A stretch of DNA of 64,000 nt from Gammaproteobacteria bacterium (lineage in GTDB: Bacteria; Pseudomonadota; Gammaproteobacteria; CBDBNL01; JAAOII01). The stretch lies in assembly GCA_965209035.1 (NCBI GenBank), contig OZ242372.1, forward strand, positions 544,001-608,000, written 5' to 3'. The notes beneath the pieces are model-generated. The model ran no database searches, was not told the origin of the DNA, and saw only the letters and a list, made by a program, of their open reading frames with translations. Both the position numbers and the translations under genes were made by a program. Of the stretch, positions 32,155 through 43,787 are shown piece after piece; the first letter of the stretch is position 1; the number at the start of each line of letters is the position of its first letter.

Positions 32155-34758
32155 CTACTGCCGTCGCTGCTGCTCTTCCACGCTGACAGGAAGACAGTTC
32201 AAAACGGGATACTGGTCTGCGTCGCCGAGATCCCAGACGCTTAAGAATCCGGCAGGTTGGATCGCCTCTTCTATTACTTCGCCCGTGTCCGGATCACACC
32301 GGATGTTACCCCAGTCGGCATAGATGCCTGTGAAAGTGCTCGGGTTTTGCAGCAGGGCGGTGGTCTGACCCTCGCCCAAATCGCCGGCACTGGCTGACTG
32401 CCGGGTGGTTTGATTATCCCAATAGGAAGCATTGACGGTGGTTACCATGTTGACATTGCCGAGCAAACCGCCGGCATTAATACCGAAACTTGAAACAAGT
32501 CCGCCGGCGGCATAAGAATAACGAATATTAGAATTCTGACCATCCCCAACCAACCCGCCAACAACATTAACTCCGGTAACACTTCCGCCGGATACATACG
32601 CATAGCGAATATCAAAATTGCGAGCAAATCCAATCAGTCCGCCAACATTACTAGATCCGATAGCAGATCCGCCTAAGCGTTTTACTCTCCCGGAAACATT
32701 CACGCCGGACGCATAAGCATAACGAATATCAGACTCAACACTAAACACGGAATTAGACTCGGAACTAGGCCAACCGCCGACTAGTCCGCCAATATTAAAT
32801 CCGATTCCGGTTCCAAAAACACTTCCGTCGGACACATACGCATAGCGAATATCAATATACCGGCCATTCCCAACCAGTCCGCCAACATCATGCTCGCCGA
32901 CAACACTTCCGTCGGACACATACGCATAGCGAATATCCATATTCTGACCATTCCCAACCAGTCCGCCAATACTAAAATCCCCGCCGGAAACATCTACGCC
33001 GGTTGAATGAGCATAGCGAATAACAGCACCCCGACCATCCCCAACCAATCCGCCGACGACGTCGGCATCCGGACTCATCACACTGCTACTCGTAACCGAC
33101 AAATTCTCATAACGGGCATTCCTGCCATAGCCTACCAGTGTGCCCACAGCATTGTCACCGCCACTGACACTTGCATTCAAGAGATGCAGATTTTGGATAT
33201 CACCGGTTAATGCAGCGAATAAGCCCACTCCATTGACGGTATCATCCGCAGCAATGAACAGACCGGCAAGAGTATAGCCGCCGCCGTCAAAGATTCCCGT
33301 ATAAGAGGTGCAAACATCTGCATCAGAACAGGAGCCAATCGGCAGCCAGCCGCTGCCGGCACGATCTGTCCAGTCGTCCATATTACCGCTGCTACCGCTA
33401 CCCGTGACATAGGAAGCCACATCGCTAAAATTGAGTGAGCGGGCAAGTTCATAACCCGAGCAGCCGACAGTATCCGGGCAACCCACAGAGCCCACAGAAG
33501 TTATCTCGTCAACATTGCCGTCATCCTCACCATCGCCGTTCAGATCATCGCGCAGCCGCGCCAAGTCATCCAAAGTGCGAATTTCTATGAGGCGATTATT
33601 ATTGTCATCCACATCCTCATCGTTATCCCGACAACCGTCACCGTCATTGTCCGTCCCCGCCAAAGAAGTCCAGCCAACCATACCGGTCGGGCAAGCATCC
33701 GCAATATCATCCACACCATCATTATCATTGTCATCATCACAGACATCGCCGAGTGCATCCTGATCATTATTGGACTGCCCCGGATTATTGATAAACTGGC
33801 AGTTATCCGCCGCCGTGGTCGCGTTTGCCACATCCGGCAAACCATCATTGTCATCATCCGGATCACAGGCATCGCCTAACCCATCCGTATCATTATCATC
33901 TTGCCCCGGATTATCCGTGAATTGGCAGTTATCCGCCGCCGTCGTCGCGTCTGCCACATCCGGCAAACCATCATTGTCATCATCCGGATCACAAACATCG
34001 CCTAACCTATCCGTATCATTATCATCCTGCCCCGGATTCCTAACTAGCGGACAATTATCTTCCATATTCGACAAACCATCAATATCAATGTCCCCATCCA
34101 AGCCTATGCCTTGATCCGCCCCGGTTGTGCCGGACACAGGAGATGACATCGCGGTATCGCCGTCCTTATAGAGTACCGTAATCGTGATCCGGTAAGCGGT
34201 GTTATTGGTTAGATCCATAATGTTGTAGATGACCCGAGCAAGCGGCGCAACATCCGCCATGGTAGAATTAAGTTCCGTTGTGTCGCCTTCACTCGTATCG
34301 TCATCAACATTGTGCCGGGTAATATTAAACCCGGTGATGTTCATCTGATCCGGATTGGTCCAACCGACAAAAATATGATCCTCGCCAACCAGAGTCTGGA
34401 TATTGGAAACAGCCCGGGTGTTTTGGCCATTGTCAGTGCCGCCACTGCTACCGCCGCCGCTACCGCCGCCACAACCGGCCAGGGCCAAACCGAACATACC
34501 CGCCAGCAGCACACCATAAAAGCGAGCCGGCTTATCCGGCTGACGGCAAGCATTAGAGGCCGCTGTAGCGGCAATGTAACGGTGGTGTGTGTGGGGGGGG
34601 GTAAGCATTAGAGACCGCCGTAGCGACAATGTAACCCGCCCGCCAAACGACATCATAGTATTTGGCATATTATTAAGGCCCCGCACGAATGCCGGGCATG
34701 ACAGCCAGCCGCGTATTGCTTTCGCCGACCGAACAGGAAAAAAGTATAACTTATTCAT
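32155..34758 (-). CDS. Large surface lipoprotein: FN3-like domain, thrombospondin type 3 repeats, GLUG region (paralog of 19719-22121)
   Basis: Lipobox LALAG|C; DNC...NPGQDDNDTD..GD.CDPDDDNDG repeats; GGLVG repeats; shared C-terminus VWDLG...QYPVLNCLP. Confidence 0.85.
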   Translation of the reverse strand: MNKLYFFPVRSAKAIRGWLSCPAFVRGLNNMPNTMMSFGGRVTLSLRRSLMLTPPHTHHRYIAATAASNACRQPDKPARFYGVLLAGMFGLALAGCGGGSGGGSSGGTDNGQNTRAVSNIQTLVGEDHIFVGWTNPDQMNITGFNITRHNVDDDTSEGDTTELNSTMADVAPLARVIYNIMDLTNNTAYRITITVLYKDGDTAMSSPVSGTTGADQGIGLDGDIDIDGLSNMEDNCPLVRNPGQDDNDTDRLGDVCDPDDDNDGLPDVADATTAADNCQFTDNPGQDDNDTDGLGDACDPDDDNDGLPDVANATTAADNCQFINNPGQSNNDQDALGDVCDDDNDNDGVDDIADACPTGMVGWTSLAGTDNDGDGCRDNDEDVDDNNNRLIEIRTLDDLARLRDDLNGDGEDDGNVDEITSVGSVGCPDTVGCSGYELARSLNFSDVASYVTGSGSSGNMDDWTDRAGSGWLPIGSCSDADVCTSYTGIFDGGGYTLAGLFIAADDTVNGVGLFAALTGDIQNLHLLNASVSGGDNAVGTLVGYGRNARYENLSVTSSSVMSPDADVVGGLVGDGRGAVIRYAHSTGVDVSGGDFSIGGLVGNGQNMDIRYAYVSDGSVVGEHDVGGLVGNGRYIDIRYAYVSDGSVFGTGIGFNIGGLVGGWPSSESNSVFSVESDIRYAYASGVNVSGRVKRLGGSAIGSSNVGGLIGFARNFDIRYAYVSGGSVTGVNVVGGLVGDGQNSNIRYSYAAGGLVSSFGINAGGLLGNVNMVTTVNASYWDNQTTRQSASAGDLGEGQTTALLQNPSTFTGIYADWGNIRCDPDTGEVIEEAIQPAGFLSVWDLGDADQYPVLNCLPVSVEEQQRRQ

Positions 34759-35285
34759 TGTGTTGTTATCGTGTTGTTATCCGTATTAATTATTCATTTA
34801 ACTTTTATGCGGATGGAATGATTCCATACCCTGCCTTAATTATAACACCTATTTCCCAAATATGTCTGTGGCGGATCACCTCGTCCGCCAGAACCTCAAA
34901 CCGCCGAGAACCGCCGGCTATTTAATGTGAGGATGCACAATGCCCAACTCAGCGTCCGGAACCTTTATGAGACTATGCACATCCACATCCCGGCAAGGTT
35001 TTAGAATCGGCGTTTGAGAGAATTCGCCCCAAGCCCCGGAAAATTCCGAAAACTAAAGTCCTGCCGGGAGACCTCTCAAGGTGCCGGGAAAGACACCGGG
35101 AAAGACACCGGGAAAAGTACCGCGCAAGAAACCGACAAGCAAGTTGCGCTACGCGGAAATAGAAATGAAACACGGAATGCGACTCCGTTCTATTGGTCAC
35201 GCCTGCGCGGGTGAAACAAAATTGCAAGAACACCCCCCCTTACCAAACAAGTAAGTATTAAAATATAAATAAAAAATATATTATT

Positions 35286-36497
35286 ATGTCTGTCCGCGTT
35301 ATTGCCCCGGTTATTCCTACTGCCTTAATTCAAATAAGAGAGATGGCCGGCTACGACAGCCCGGAAAAAATTCATCCCGGGCGGGAAAAAGAAACAGAAA
35401 AACTGCGCGCATGGGAAGCGGGAAAGACAAAGCCGACTTTAAATCAAGCCAAGCAACTTGCCAAAAAATATCGGATATCGCATCTTCTGTTTTATTCCAA
35501 GGATTTACCCGATACTTTTCAAACAAAATTACCGCCGGACTTCAGGCGATATAAAAGGCGGCAGCCCTATTCGCCCAATTTACGCTTTGCCGTCAGAGAA
35601 GTGTTCTATCGCCAAGAGTGGTTGAAAGATTATTTAAGAGACACAGAACAACAAAACTTTTCCCCGCCGCAGTCCGTCCAAATTAGCGATAACCCGCGGA
35701 CCCTTGCCACCAAAATCCGAAAATGGTTGGGTATCACAATGAACACCCAACAGCGTTGTCGCAAGACTGAAGATGCCTTTGATTTGTGGCGAAGTGCCAT
35801 TGAAAAACAAGGAGTCACAGTATTCACCAATAATACGCATCGCTACTACAAAATTAACCCCGGCGAATACGACGGACTGGCTATCTCGGACAACCTCGCC
35901 CCGCTCATATTACTTAATCCGGGGCCCAACTTAAAAAATAGCCGCTCTATTTTCACACTGATACATGAACTGGCACATTTGCTCTTAGGCGAAGGCGCAT
36001 TATCTCTTATCAATTTCCGCAGTCAAAACAATATCAATAACACGGATGCACGCGAACTGCAAATAGAATCTTGGTGCAATAAAGTGGCAGGCGAAGTCCT
36101 TGCCCCGAATGAATGGCTAACACAAAATTGGTCCGCCACCGAACCCAGCCGACAACAAATTGAGACACTCGCCGACAGCATAAAAGTCAGTCGACAAATG
36201 CTTGCCGTGCAAGTTAAAAATAATCATTTGATCGGCCAACAAAAACTGGAACAATTGCTCACCGAATACGAAGGGCAATTTCACTTGTCCCGCCAAAATA
36301 AACGCAGTTTTGGCATAACTCGTCCTGCCCCCGCAACCATCAAAAGATGCGGAAGTTACTTTTCCCGATGCGTTTTGGATGCCTATCAAAAAAACAGCAT
36401 AGCCGCCACTGATATTTATGACCTAACGGATCTTAAGTTGAAATATCTTAAAGAATTCGCTCACAAAATAGACTTTCCCTTGCATCGTTGGCGATGA
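35286..36497 (+). CDS. XRE-HTH + ImmA/IrrE family metallopeptidase (paralog of 26584-27789)
   Basis: WEAGKTKPTLNQAKQLA; FTLIHELAHLLL; ESWCNKVAGE. Confidence 0.9.
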   Translation: MSVRVIAPVIPTALIQIREMAGYDSPEKIHPGREKETEKLRAWEAGKTKPTLNQAKQLAKKYRISHLLFYSKDLPDTFQTKLPPDFRRYKRRQPYSPNLRFAVREVFYRQEWLKDYLRDTEQQNFSPPQSVQISDNPRTLATKIRKWLGITMNTQQRCRKTEDAFDLWRSAIEKQGVTVFTNNTHRYYKINPGEYDGLAISDNLAPLILLNPGPNLKNSRSIFTLIHELAHLLLGEGALSLINFRSQNNINNTDARELQIESWCNKVAGEVLAPNEWLTQNWSATEPSRQQIETLADSIKVSRQMLAVQVKNNHLIGQQKLEQLLTEYEGQFHLSRQNKRSFGITRPAPATIKRCGSYFSRCVLDAYQKNSIAATDIYDLTDLKLKYLKEFAHKIDFPLHRWR

Positions 36498-36517
36498 CAG
36501 TATTTTTATTTGATACA

Positions 36518-36605
36518 AAATAAAAAAATGCCGAGCATCCGAGAGGGAAACAAAATGAATAACAACCCGCCCAAACGCCCGGCAAAATCATTACAACACC
36601 CGGCT
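36518..36605. repeat. ~90 bp dispersed repeat, copy 2
   Basis: Matches 31579-31671. Confidence 0.8.
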
Positions 36606-36870
36606 AACGGGATCTTAACAATTAACGCCTCTCGTTCGTTGTTATGTTATATGTTAGTTAGTTATTTAAAAGACAAGTTCCCAAACTTTGCCGACAAGCA
36701 TCAAGCCCCCGGAACGCACACTGCGAAACCGAAAAAACCGGAGATGCCAAAAAAGCTAAAAAGGCAGCCCATGCCGTGAAGACCTCAAAAACTTCGAAGA
36801 CCACGAAGACCGCGAAGATCCCAAAAACACCCCCGCCCAAAACTTCATCCAATCGCAAGCAACCGCCCAT

Positions 36871-37632
36871 TCAATCCCCCCGACAGGTCAGAGCGAGTTC
36901 CCGAATGCGTTGTTCGCGCGCACGCCAATCCGGCAGGTGGCCGGCAAGCATCCTATAAAACTCACGCCCGTGATTCCGATGACGCAAATGGCACAACTCA
37001 TGCACCAACACATATTCAATACAACTCACCGGCCCCTTAATCAGTTGCATGTTCAGCGACATATTCCCCTTCACCGACAAACTACCCCAACGGCTCGTCA
37101 TATCCTTCACACGCATCACAGGTCGCTCATAGCCCAAACCCACAAAGCGCGGCCAGACCCCATCATAAAGTTTGCCGAACACCTCCCACGCCTGTGCCAG
37201 ATACCATGCCTTCAACACAATACGCATCCCGGCGGGACTCATATCCGGCCCCCGCAAAAACAACCAATCATGCCGAAGTTCCACCCCATAGTCGGCGGCG
37301 ACTTCGGTCCGCAAACGGTATTGCCGTCCCAGGTACAAATGCGTCTCACCCTCGGCATAGGCACGCGGCGGCATCGCAATCGGCAAAAGACGAAACTGTT
37401 GTTGCTTCTTAAGAATCCATCGCTCCCGCTTGGCAAGAAGTTCCCGCAACCGAGCCGCCGATGTGCCAACCGGCGCACGCATCCCAACCCGCCCATCAGG
37501 CCGCACCGAAATCTCCACAGACAGCCGGCGCAGCGAATACACAATCGCCACATCCGTTTCCTTACCGCCCAACGACACACGCACAGAATCCGTGCCTGTG
37601 TTTTTATGCGTGATGCTTGTCCCTGTCTTCAT
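36871..37632 (-). CDS. M48/SprT-like zinc metallopeptidase (YgjP/DUF45 family), typical last gene of type I RM loci
   Basis: GETHLYLG, MTSRWGS, YVLVHELCHLRHRNHGREFY, PDW. Confidence 0.92.
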   Translation of the reverse strand: MKTGTSITHKNTGTDSVRVSLGGKETDVAIVYSLRRLSVEISVRPDGRVGMRAPVGTSAARLRELLAKRERWILKKQQQFRLLPIAMPPRAYAEGETHLYLGRQYRLRTEVAADYGVELRHDWLFLRGPDMSPAGMRIVLKAWYLAQAWEVFGKLYDGVWPRFVGLGYERPVMRVKDMTSRWGSLSVKGNMSLNMQLIKGPVSCIEYVLVHELCHLRHRNHGREFYRMLAGHLPDWRAREQRIRELALTCRGD

Positions 37633-38033
37633 TATTCAATCATTTAACTAACTGCCTAACCGCCTAATCGCCCAGCCGCCAAACCGCCCGACTTCCCTGC
37701 ACAGTCACCGCCCGGCAAACTATTGAAGCGGGGACAAAAGATCCTCGGCATCAATCGGGACTTCCCGCACAGCCATCGCCCGGCACAAAGAATTGGCAAT
37801 GACAGCACCGGTTCTCTCTTGCCGGTTCTCTTGCATCTCAACAGCCAAAGTGAGCACTTGGGTTTGATGACGAGTTCCCCGAACATCCGGCTCCGTCCCT
37901 TCAACTTGCTTTTGCATCGCTGTCTTTGTGATAGGGGCCCTCAAAAAGATAACTCAGAATTTTTATTCTGCTCATAAAAGTTAAAGTAATTTATGAGATA
38001 TCCCGGTAACCACTTTAGAAATGAACCGAATTA

Positions 38034-40331
38034 TTAATTGCCTAACTTCTTATGTGTTTCTTGAAATTTTTGTTCTATGTCGTCAACGAGTGTCTTGATA
38101 TTTGTCATAGTCTCGGCACTTAATTTGACAGAGCTACCCTCCCGGCATTTTCTTAGGAATAGTAACGCAAGTAATACTTTATTGTTCTCTTTTTTCTTTG
38201 AGGAATCGGAATCATTTTTGTTCCGGTCTTCCGGCAAAACATACTTTCTAAAATCATCCGGTGTAAACATATCTTCAATGGAACCGCTAATAGGCAAATC
38301 CATTATAAATTCTTCCATACCTTCCCAATTCTTCGTAAGATTTCTTTTCCCGCTCTGTCCACCCGGATCATTATCAAAGAGATACGCCACCCTTGCTCCC
38401 CAACCCAGGAGTATGGTCCCCACTATCGGCATGTTTCCCGCACCGCCACCGGCAATAAAATTGACAGCATCTTTCTTATTATCCTTTTTTAATAGTATTT
38501 GAAAAGCTTGTAAGTAATAAGCATCCGAGGGACCTTCCACAACAACATTGTTTTGTTTATCCACACCAGATATTCCCAAACTCATATCCAAGCCGATTGC
38601 CGTTAAGATGGGTGTCAGTGTCTCTTTGTCCGCCTTGGGGGCGGCATGCACCTGATTTGTTATTGTAGTCCCTTCGTTTTCAGTTTTATGCACTAGCCTA
38701 ATGCGATCTAATTTATTCGCTTGCAAAAGATAGGGGGAATGCGTTGAAAATATTATCTGTCTTTTTTTACTAACACTTTCTAATTTCTTTAATATATCTT
38801 TTTGAGCCTTCGCATGCAAGAACATACCGGGTTCATCAATCAGAATGATATTTGGAACCGTATCCTCCGAGCGCTCAGTCATCTTAATATAATTCGCATG
38901 CAGGAATAAACCGGGTTCATCAAACAGAATGATATTTGGAACCGTATCCTCCGAGCGGGCAGTCACTTTAATATAAAAAGCAAGATGCCACTGCTTTCCC
39001 TTACTTCTTATACTTGGCGAGAAAAACTCTCCGTGTTCTTTTATCCAAAAATGCAACATAGGATTTTCCCAACTAACATGCAACTTAGCTTCATCTTGTT
39101 TCCAAAATTCTTGGTAGCCCTTGTTTAGAGTTAGATTTATCTCATCTCTATGTGTTTCTTTTGCCGCCGAATCACTACCCGTTATAGTCTTTATATCCAA
39201 ATCACTAATAGAAGACAAATCCTTAATCCATTCATTCTTCTCTAACTGATCAAACGGAATCTTATCCGGCAATATATCTTCAAAGGATTTAAAAAGTATG
39301 AAATTAGGGGCACGTGCATACAACTTCTTCAAAAATTTGTTCTTAAAAAAATATAAAAAGACGCCGTGAATATAATAAGTTTTTTTATACTCTTCTATTT
39401 CTTCAGGTAAGGAAGAAAATTTCTTTTTACTATCCTCCGTAAGACTTTCAATGTGAGAATGCATACTTTTAATGAACTCATCAGTTTGTGCGAGCATATC
39501 ATTATAACTATCTATACTAAACCGAGTTCTTTTCACTTCTCTTAATGAATCTATTTCCTCTTCTGTTAAGATTTCTGGTAAGTCTTCTATTTTCTCTATC
39601 GTGTAAGCTATTCCCTTTGTTATATCTTCCGACCAGACTCCCATTTCCGCTTCCATCAATTTTATTTCATCCTTTGTCAAGGATCCTATTTTCTCTTCTA
39701 TCAGTTTTATTTCCCTCTTGTTTAAAGTTCTTGTTTTCTTTTTGATTGATATTATTTTGCCCGCTGTTAAATCTTCTATGTGGTTACTGACATCTATAAG
39801 AATTTTTTCTGTATCCTTTATACTTTTTATAATTTCTCGGATCTCAGAGAACTGAGAGAGTATCCCATTCATAAGCGGACGCTCATTAGAAAATATTTTT
39901 ACAAATTCAAATTCATGTTCATCCGTTGTGCTTTCAGAATTTGTGATCTTATCTATAATGCTATTCATAAGTCTTGCTTCTTCATCCGTAACACCCCAAA
40001 GATCAATGCCATATATACCTCCATCATTTACAGCCCCCGGCTTAATGACACCCATAGAATATTTTATTTCATCTAATATATAATCCGCATCATATTCCTC
40101 CAAGATGAAAGTCACAGATATCTCAGGTTTTGCCCCCTTATTATTCCCGACTACCGGTTAAGCTTCTTTTCTTATCTCTTTCTCGTCATTAAAATCTTCC
40201 AAAGCCTCAAGAATAGAGGTTTTACCGGATTCATTCTTACCGGCAAGAATGGTAACAAAATCATCCATATAACAGTCACCGCTGTCAATAATGGACTTGT
40301 AATTTTTAATTCTAAATTTTTTTATACGCAT
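38034..40331 (-). pseudogene. OLD-family-like ABC ATPase + TOPRIM nuclease interrupted by in-frame TAA at 40158-40160
   Basis: Hand translation MRIKKFRIKNYKSI...ILAGKNESGKTSILEAL...KEA*PVV is in frame with the ORF; RSKG, DEPG.FLH, STHSPY, VVEGPSD, LFDND. Confidence 0.85.
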
Positions 40332-40409
40332 TTCATTTTTTAATATATCCTTTAAATTTTAATATTGGCGGTTCTATCTAAAACAAAACAGAAACTCATC
40401 TTTGGTAAA

Positions 40410-43400
40410 TCAATTGGGGTTTTCCGCGACAAGTTCTATAACATCCAACATCAGGTCATCAATTTTCTTAAGCAACTCCTCCGATATCTGTTCTCCTTTC
40501 CAAACCTCCTTCACAAAATATTCAAGAATCTCTTTCTGCATCTTGTTTTGAATATCCCTGCTACCGGCAAAGCCAATCCGATTATGTTTACTTGCGATAG
40601 ATCTGATTCTCATCGCAACCTCGGACATTAATCCTTCATTGTTATTCAGTTTCTTGCCAACACGCTCTGCAATAATATGGTAATAGGGCATCACCTCTTT
40701 ATAGTTTCCCGCCTTCTCAAGTGCAGCCGGGACATGCAAATATTTTCTATTTTCTATATCTTTGACCATCCGGCAAGTATGGTTAAAATCTCCCGGGGTA
40801 AACAACTCACCATGTTGATACCGGTGAATCGTCTCGTCCACCATTTTCGAAAACTTGTCATACAAGATAGGATCCTCATGGCGTTTTGCCCGAATAGTAC
40901 TTACCGCTTGATTCAACAGAATCTCCGCCCGCGACTTCGGACTCCGCCCCGCATATTTACCTTCCCCCGCTATCACCTTATTGATATCTACTTCGCCACC
41001 AACAAGAACACGCGGTATTTTCGTTTCCCCGTCCCCCTCATCGACTAACTCCGACCTACCCGCTATATCGGTATTCTTGCTCTCAATATCTCTCGCAGGT
41101 TCTCCCCGGTTTACCTCTTGCAGATACATAGCATTGCCATCCGCCACCACATCGCTTGCCCGAACATAGCGATGCAAAATCCCGCGAATATTTGCCTCCA
41201 GTGCCTTATCAACCGCCGAGGTATCAAATCGTTCATGTGCAAAACGCCGCACCCTGTCATAAAACTCCAACGCTTTTTTACATTCCTTCCTGATAGCATC
41301 ATGCTTCTCATCTCCAAAATAGCCAATCGGCAAAACAATATCAACCAAGCGCGCCAACTCCGCATAGGCCTTATAAAATTCCTGTCGCCTCTCCTCATTA
41401 GCGAGGGATGTTTCATAGGCTTCTTGGTCGTCTTTCTTGATGCCACTAAACAGCGAATTCAATTTTTCCAAAGCAGCCGGAATTTTTTCTATCTGATCTT
41501 CCGCCGAATGAACGATCCCTTCCAGATCCTGCTCCTCATACCCCTTCAGTTCGTCATACATACTCAAAGACTGTTGCAAGTTACCTAACAATCCCAAATA
41601 ATCCACTATGCGACCGTTTAGTTTACGCTCATAAACTCGATTCACTCGTGCAATCGCTTGCAGTAATGCATGATCTGTCAAGTGTTTACAAAGATAAAGC
41701 ACCTTATTAAGCGGCGCATCAAAGCCGGTGAGAAGTTTATCCACAACTATTAAAAGACGCGTTTTGCCATCCTTCTGTTTGAAATCCTCAATAAACTTTT
41801 TGTCATAATTGCTCTCACCACCCTCTTGGTCCACCATTCTCGTAAAACCTGCGAACAGTTGTTTTTCCTCATCTGTGAATTCAGTATGGCTTTCATGTTC
41901 CCCCACCGTGGAAATGATCACCTTTGCATTCAATCTCTCTGTTTCAGCAACCTTCGCATCCAATGCATCCAATATTTGCTTAAACCGCAAAGCGGAAATT
42001 TTCTTTGGCAACACCAACTGCCCCTTAAACGGCGGGTCCATTGACCCCGTAAAGTCTTTAACAAGATTTTCCGCAATACAACGCTGCACATCCGGCGCAC
42101 TGATAATCTCCGTAACACTGGCGTAGCGTGCTTTAAGTCTCTCACTTTTTTCCGGTGCCATCCCTTCCGTTTCTCTGTCCACATTCGCATCCATCTGTTG
42201 CTTATCCTTATTATGAATATTTACCTTTCTGCCCTCGTAATACAAAGGAACAATCACCTCATCATTCAAAGCCTCCCGCATCCGATACACCGGTTCAATG
42301 AAGGGGCCGAAACGCACCATTGTATTCTTCTCTTTTTTCAACAAGGGCGTGCCGGTGAACGCAATATAGCAAGCATTCGGTAAGAACTCAGCCATCGATG
42401 CCGTCAATTCACTGTATTGAGTGCGATGCCCTTCATCCACAAAAACAAAAATATCTTTGGAAGGATTACGATATTGGGTTCCCTTTCTCGCTTTGTCAAA
42501 CTTATGCACCAAAGTAGTAATAACCTGCTCGCCCCCCTTTATGAGTTGCATTAAATTACGGGCACTGGTTGCTTGCACCGGCTCCAGCCCGCAAGATTTA
42601 AATGTCCCCTTAATCTGTTTATCCAAATCCTTCCTATCCGTCACCATCACAATACGCGCATTACGCATCTCCTTATCCTTTTTCAAGTGGTGTGCCAACA
42701 TCACCATCGTCAGCGATTTACCGGAACCCTGCGTATGCCAAACCACACCGCCGCGTCTCCGTCCGTATTCATCTCGTTCACTCACACGCACCAAAGCATT
42801 CCGCACCAACTCATATTGATGGGTGCGCGCCACCTTCTTTTCCAACCTACCCTGCTTTTCCTCAAACACAATAAACCGATGCACAAGTTCCAACAACCGA
42901 GCCGGCCGACACAGCTCCCACAATGTCCAATCCGCCGTCTTGTTGTTTGCATCCATCCGTTCAAAATAAGAACGCTGATTCTCAAAAGGATCTTGAAACA
43001 ACAGATCTTTTTCCTCTTTGGTTAGCCTTTTTTCCCCTATGTTGTTAAAGTCCCGGTCTTTGGCAGAGTCGCCCTTCCATTTACACCAAAATCCCTTCTC
43101 GCTTCCCACCGTTGCATACTTCACAAGATGATCCGCAATACATATCAAAATCTGCGCATAGTAAAACAATTGCGGAATCTCCTCGGGCTTTTGATAGTTT
43201 TGTAACTGTTGAATTCCGTTATCCAAATCGCCATGCTTATTCTTACATTCCAACACCACAAAAGGCATCCCATTTACAAACAACACAATATCCGGTCGGC
43301 GGGTGCCTCTGCCCGCCTCTGCTCTGTGAGTTGGCAAAGAATATTCCGCCGTAGCATGAAAAGCATTCTTTTCCCAATTCCGCCAATCAATAAAACGAAC

Positions 43401-43787
43401 ATTCTGACTCTGCGGTTGAACCCCCGCCGGTCGCGTAACGGAAGTCCCCAACAACAACAGATCCGTAACCGCCTGATTAACCGCCAACACATTCCCGCCC
43501 CGCTTCTCGGCAATGGTGCCTCGCAGTTTTTCAATCGCCCGGTTCACATCCTCTTTGGTGCATCCTTTTTTAGGATCCGTACCAACATCATTAATAAGAT
43601 ACAACTGCTCCAATAAGATATCTTCCAGCACCACCCCGCCGGCTATCTGCTCCCTCTTTTTATTCGCATCAGCCGGAGGCAGATAGGCATAACCCATTTT
43701 CATCAGTGCCCGCAGAGCCGGGATCTGGACGCGTTCTTGTTCGGTGAACTTGGGTCTGGTAATGGAGGCCGCTTGTTTATCCATCAT
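40410..43787 (-). CDS. hsdR: Type I restriction enzyme R subunit
   Basis: RPDIVLFVNGMPFVVLECK, WHTQGSGKS, DEGHR, FTGTP, LLTGFDAP, QAIARVNR. Confidence 0.96.
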   Translation of the reverse strand: MMDKQAASITRPKFTEQERVQIPALRALMKMGYAYLPPADANKKREQIAGGVVLEDILLEQLYLINDVGTDPKKGCTKEDVNRAIEKLRGTIAEKRGGNVLAVNQAVTDLLLLGTSVTRPAGVQPQSQNVRFIDWRNWEKNAFHATAEYSLPTHRAEAGRGTRRPDIVLFVNGMPFVVLECKNKHGDLDNGIQQLQNYQKPEEIPQLFYYAQILICIADHLVKYATVGSEKGFWCKWKGDSAKDRDFNNIGEKRLTKEEKDLLFQDPFENQRSYFERMDANNKTADWTLWELCRPARLLELVHRFIVFEEKQGRLEKKVARTHQYELVRNALVRVSERDEYGRRRGGVVWHTQGSGKSLTMVMLAHHLKKDKEMRNARIVMVTDRKDLDKQIKGTFKSCGLEPVQATSARNLMQLIKGGEQVITTLVHKFDKARKGTQYRNPSKDIFVFVDEGHRTQYSELTASMAEFLPNACYIAFTGTPLLKKEKNTMVRFGPFIEPVYRMREALNDEVIVPLYYEGRKVNIHNKDKQQMDANVDRETEGMAPEKSERLKARYASVTEIISAPDVQRCIAENLVKDFTGSMDPPFKGQLVLPKKISALRFKQILDALDAKVAETERLNAKVIISTVGEHESHTEFTDEEKQLFAGFTRMVDQEGGESNYDKKFIEDFKQKDGKTRLLIVVDKLLTGFDAPLNKVLYLCKHLTDHALLQAIARVNRVYERKLNGRIVDYLGLLGNLQQSLSMYDELKGYEEQDLEGIVHSAEDQIEKIPAALEKLNSLFSGIKKDDQEAYETSLANEERRQEFYKAYAELARLVDIVLPIGYFGDEKHDAIRKECKKALEFYDRVRRFAHERFDTSAVDKALEANIRGILHRYVRASDVVADGNAMYLQEVNRGEPARDIESKNTDIAGRSELVDEGDGETKIPRVLVGGEVDINKVIAGEGKYAGRSPKSRAEILLNQAVSTIRAKRHEDPILYDKFSKMVDETIHRYQHGELFTPGDFNHTCRMVKDIENRKYLHVPAALEKAGNYKEVMPYYHIIAERVGKKLNNNEGLMSEVAMRIRSIASKHNRIGFAGSRDIQNKMQKEILEYFVKEVWKGEQISEELLKKIDDLMLDVIELVAENPN

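Noticed and set aside
37656-37980. Possible IS1595-like transposase fragment (RGTRHQTQVLTLAVE)
   Set aside because: Similarity too short and degenerate to support without a search
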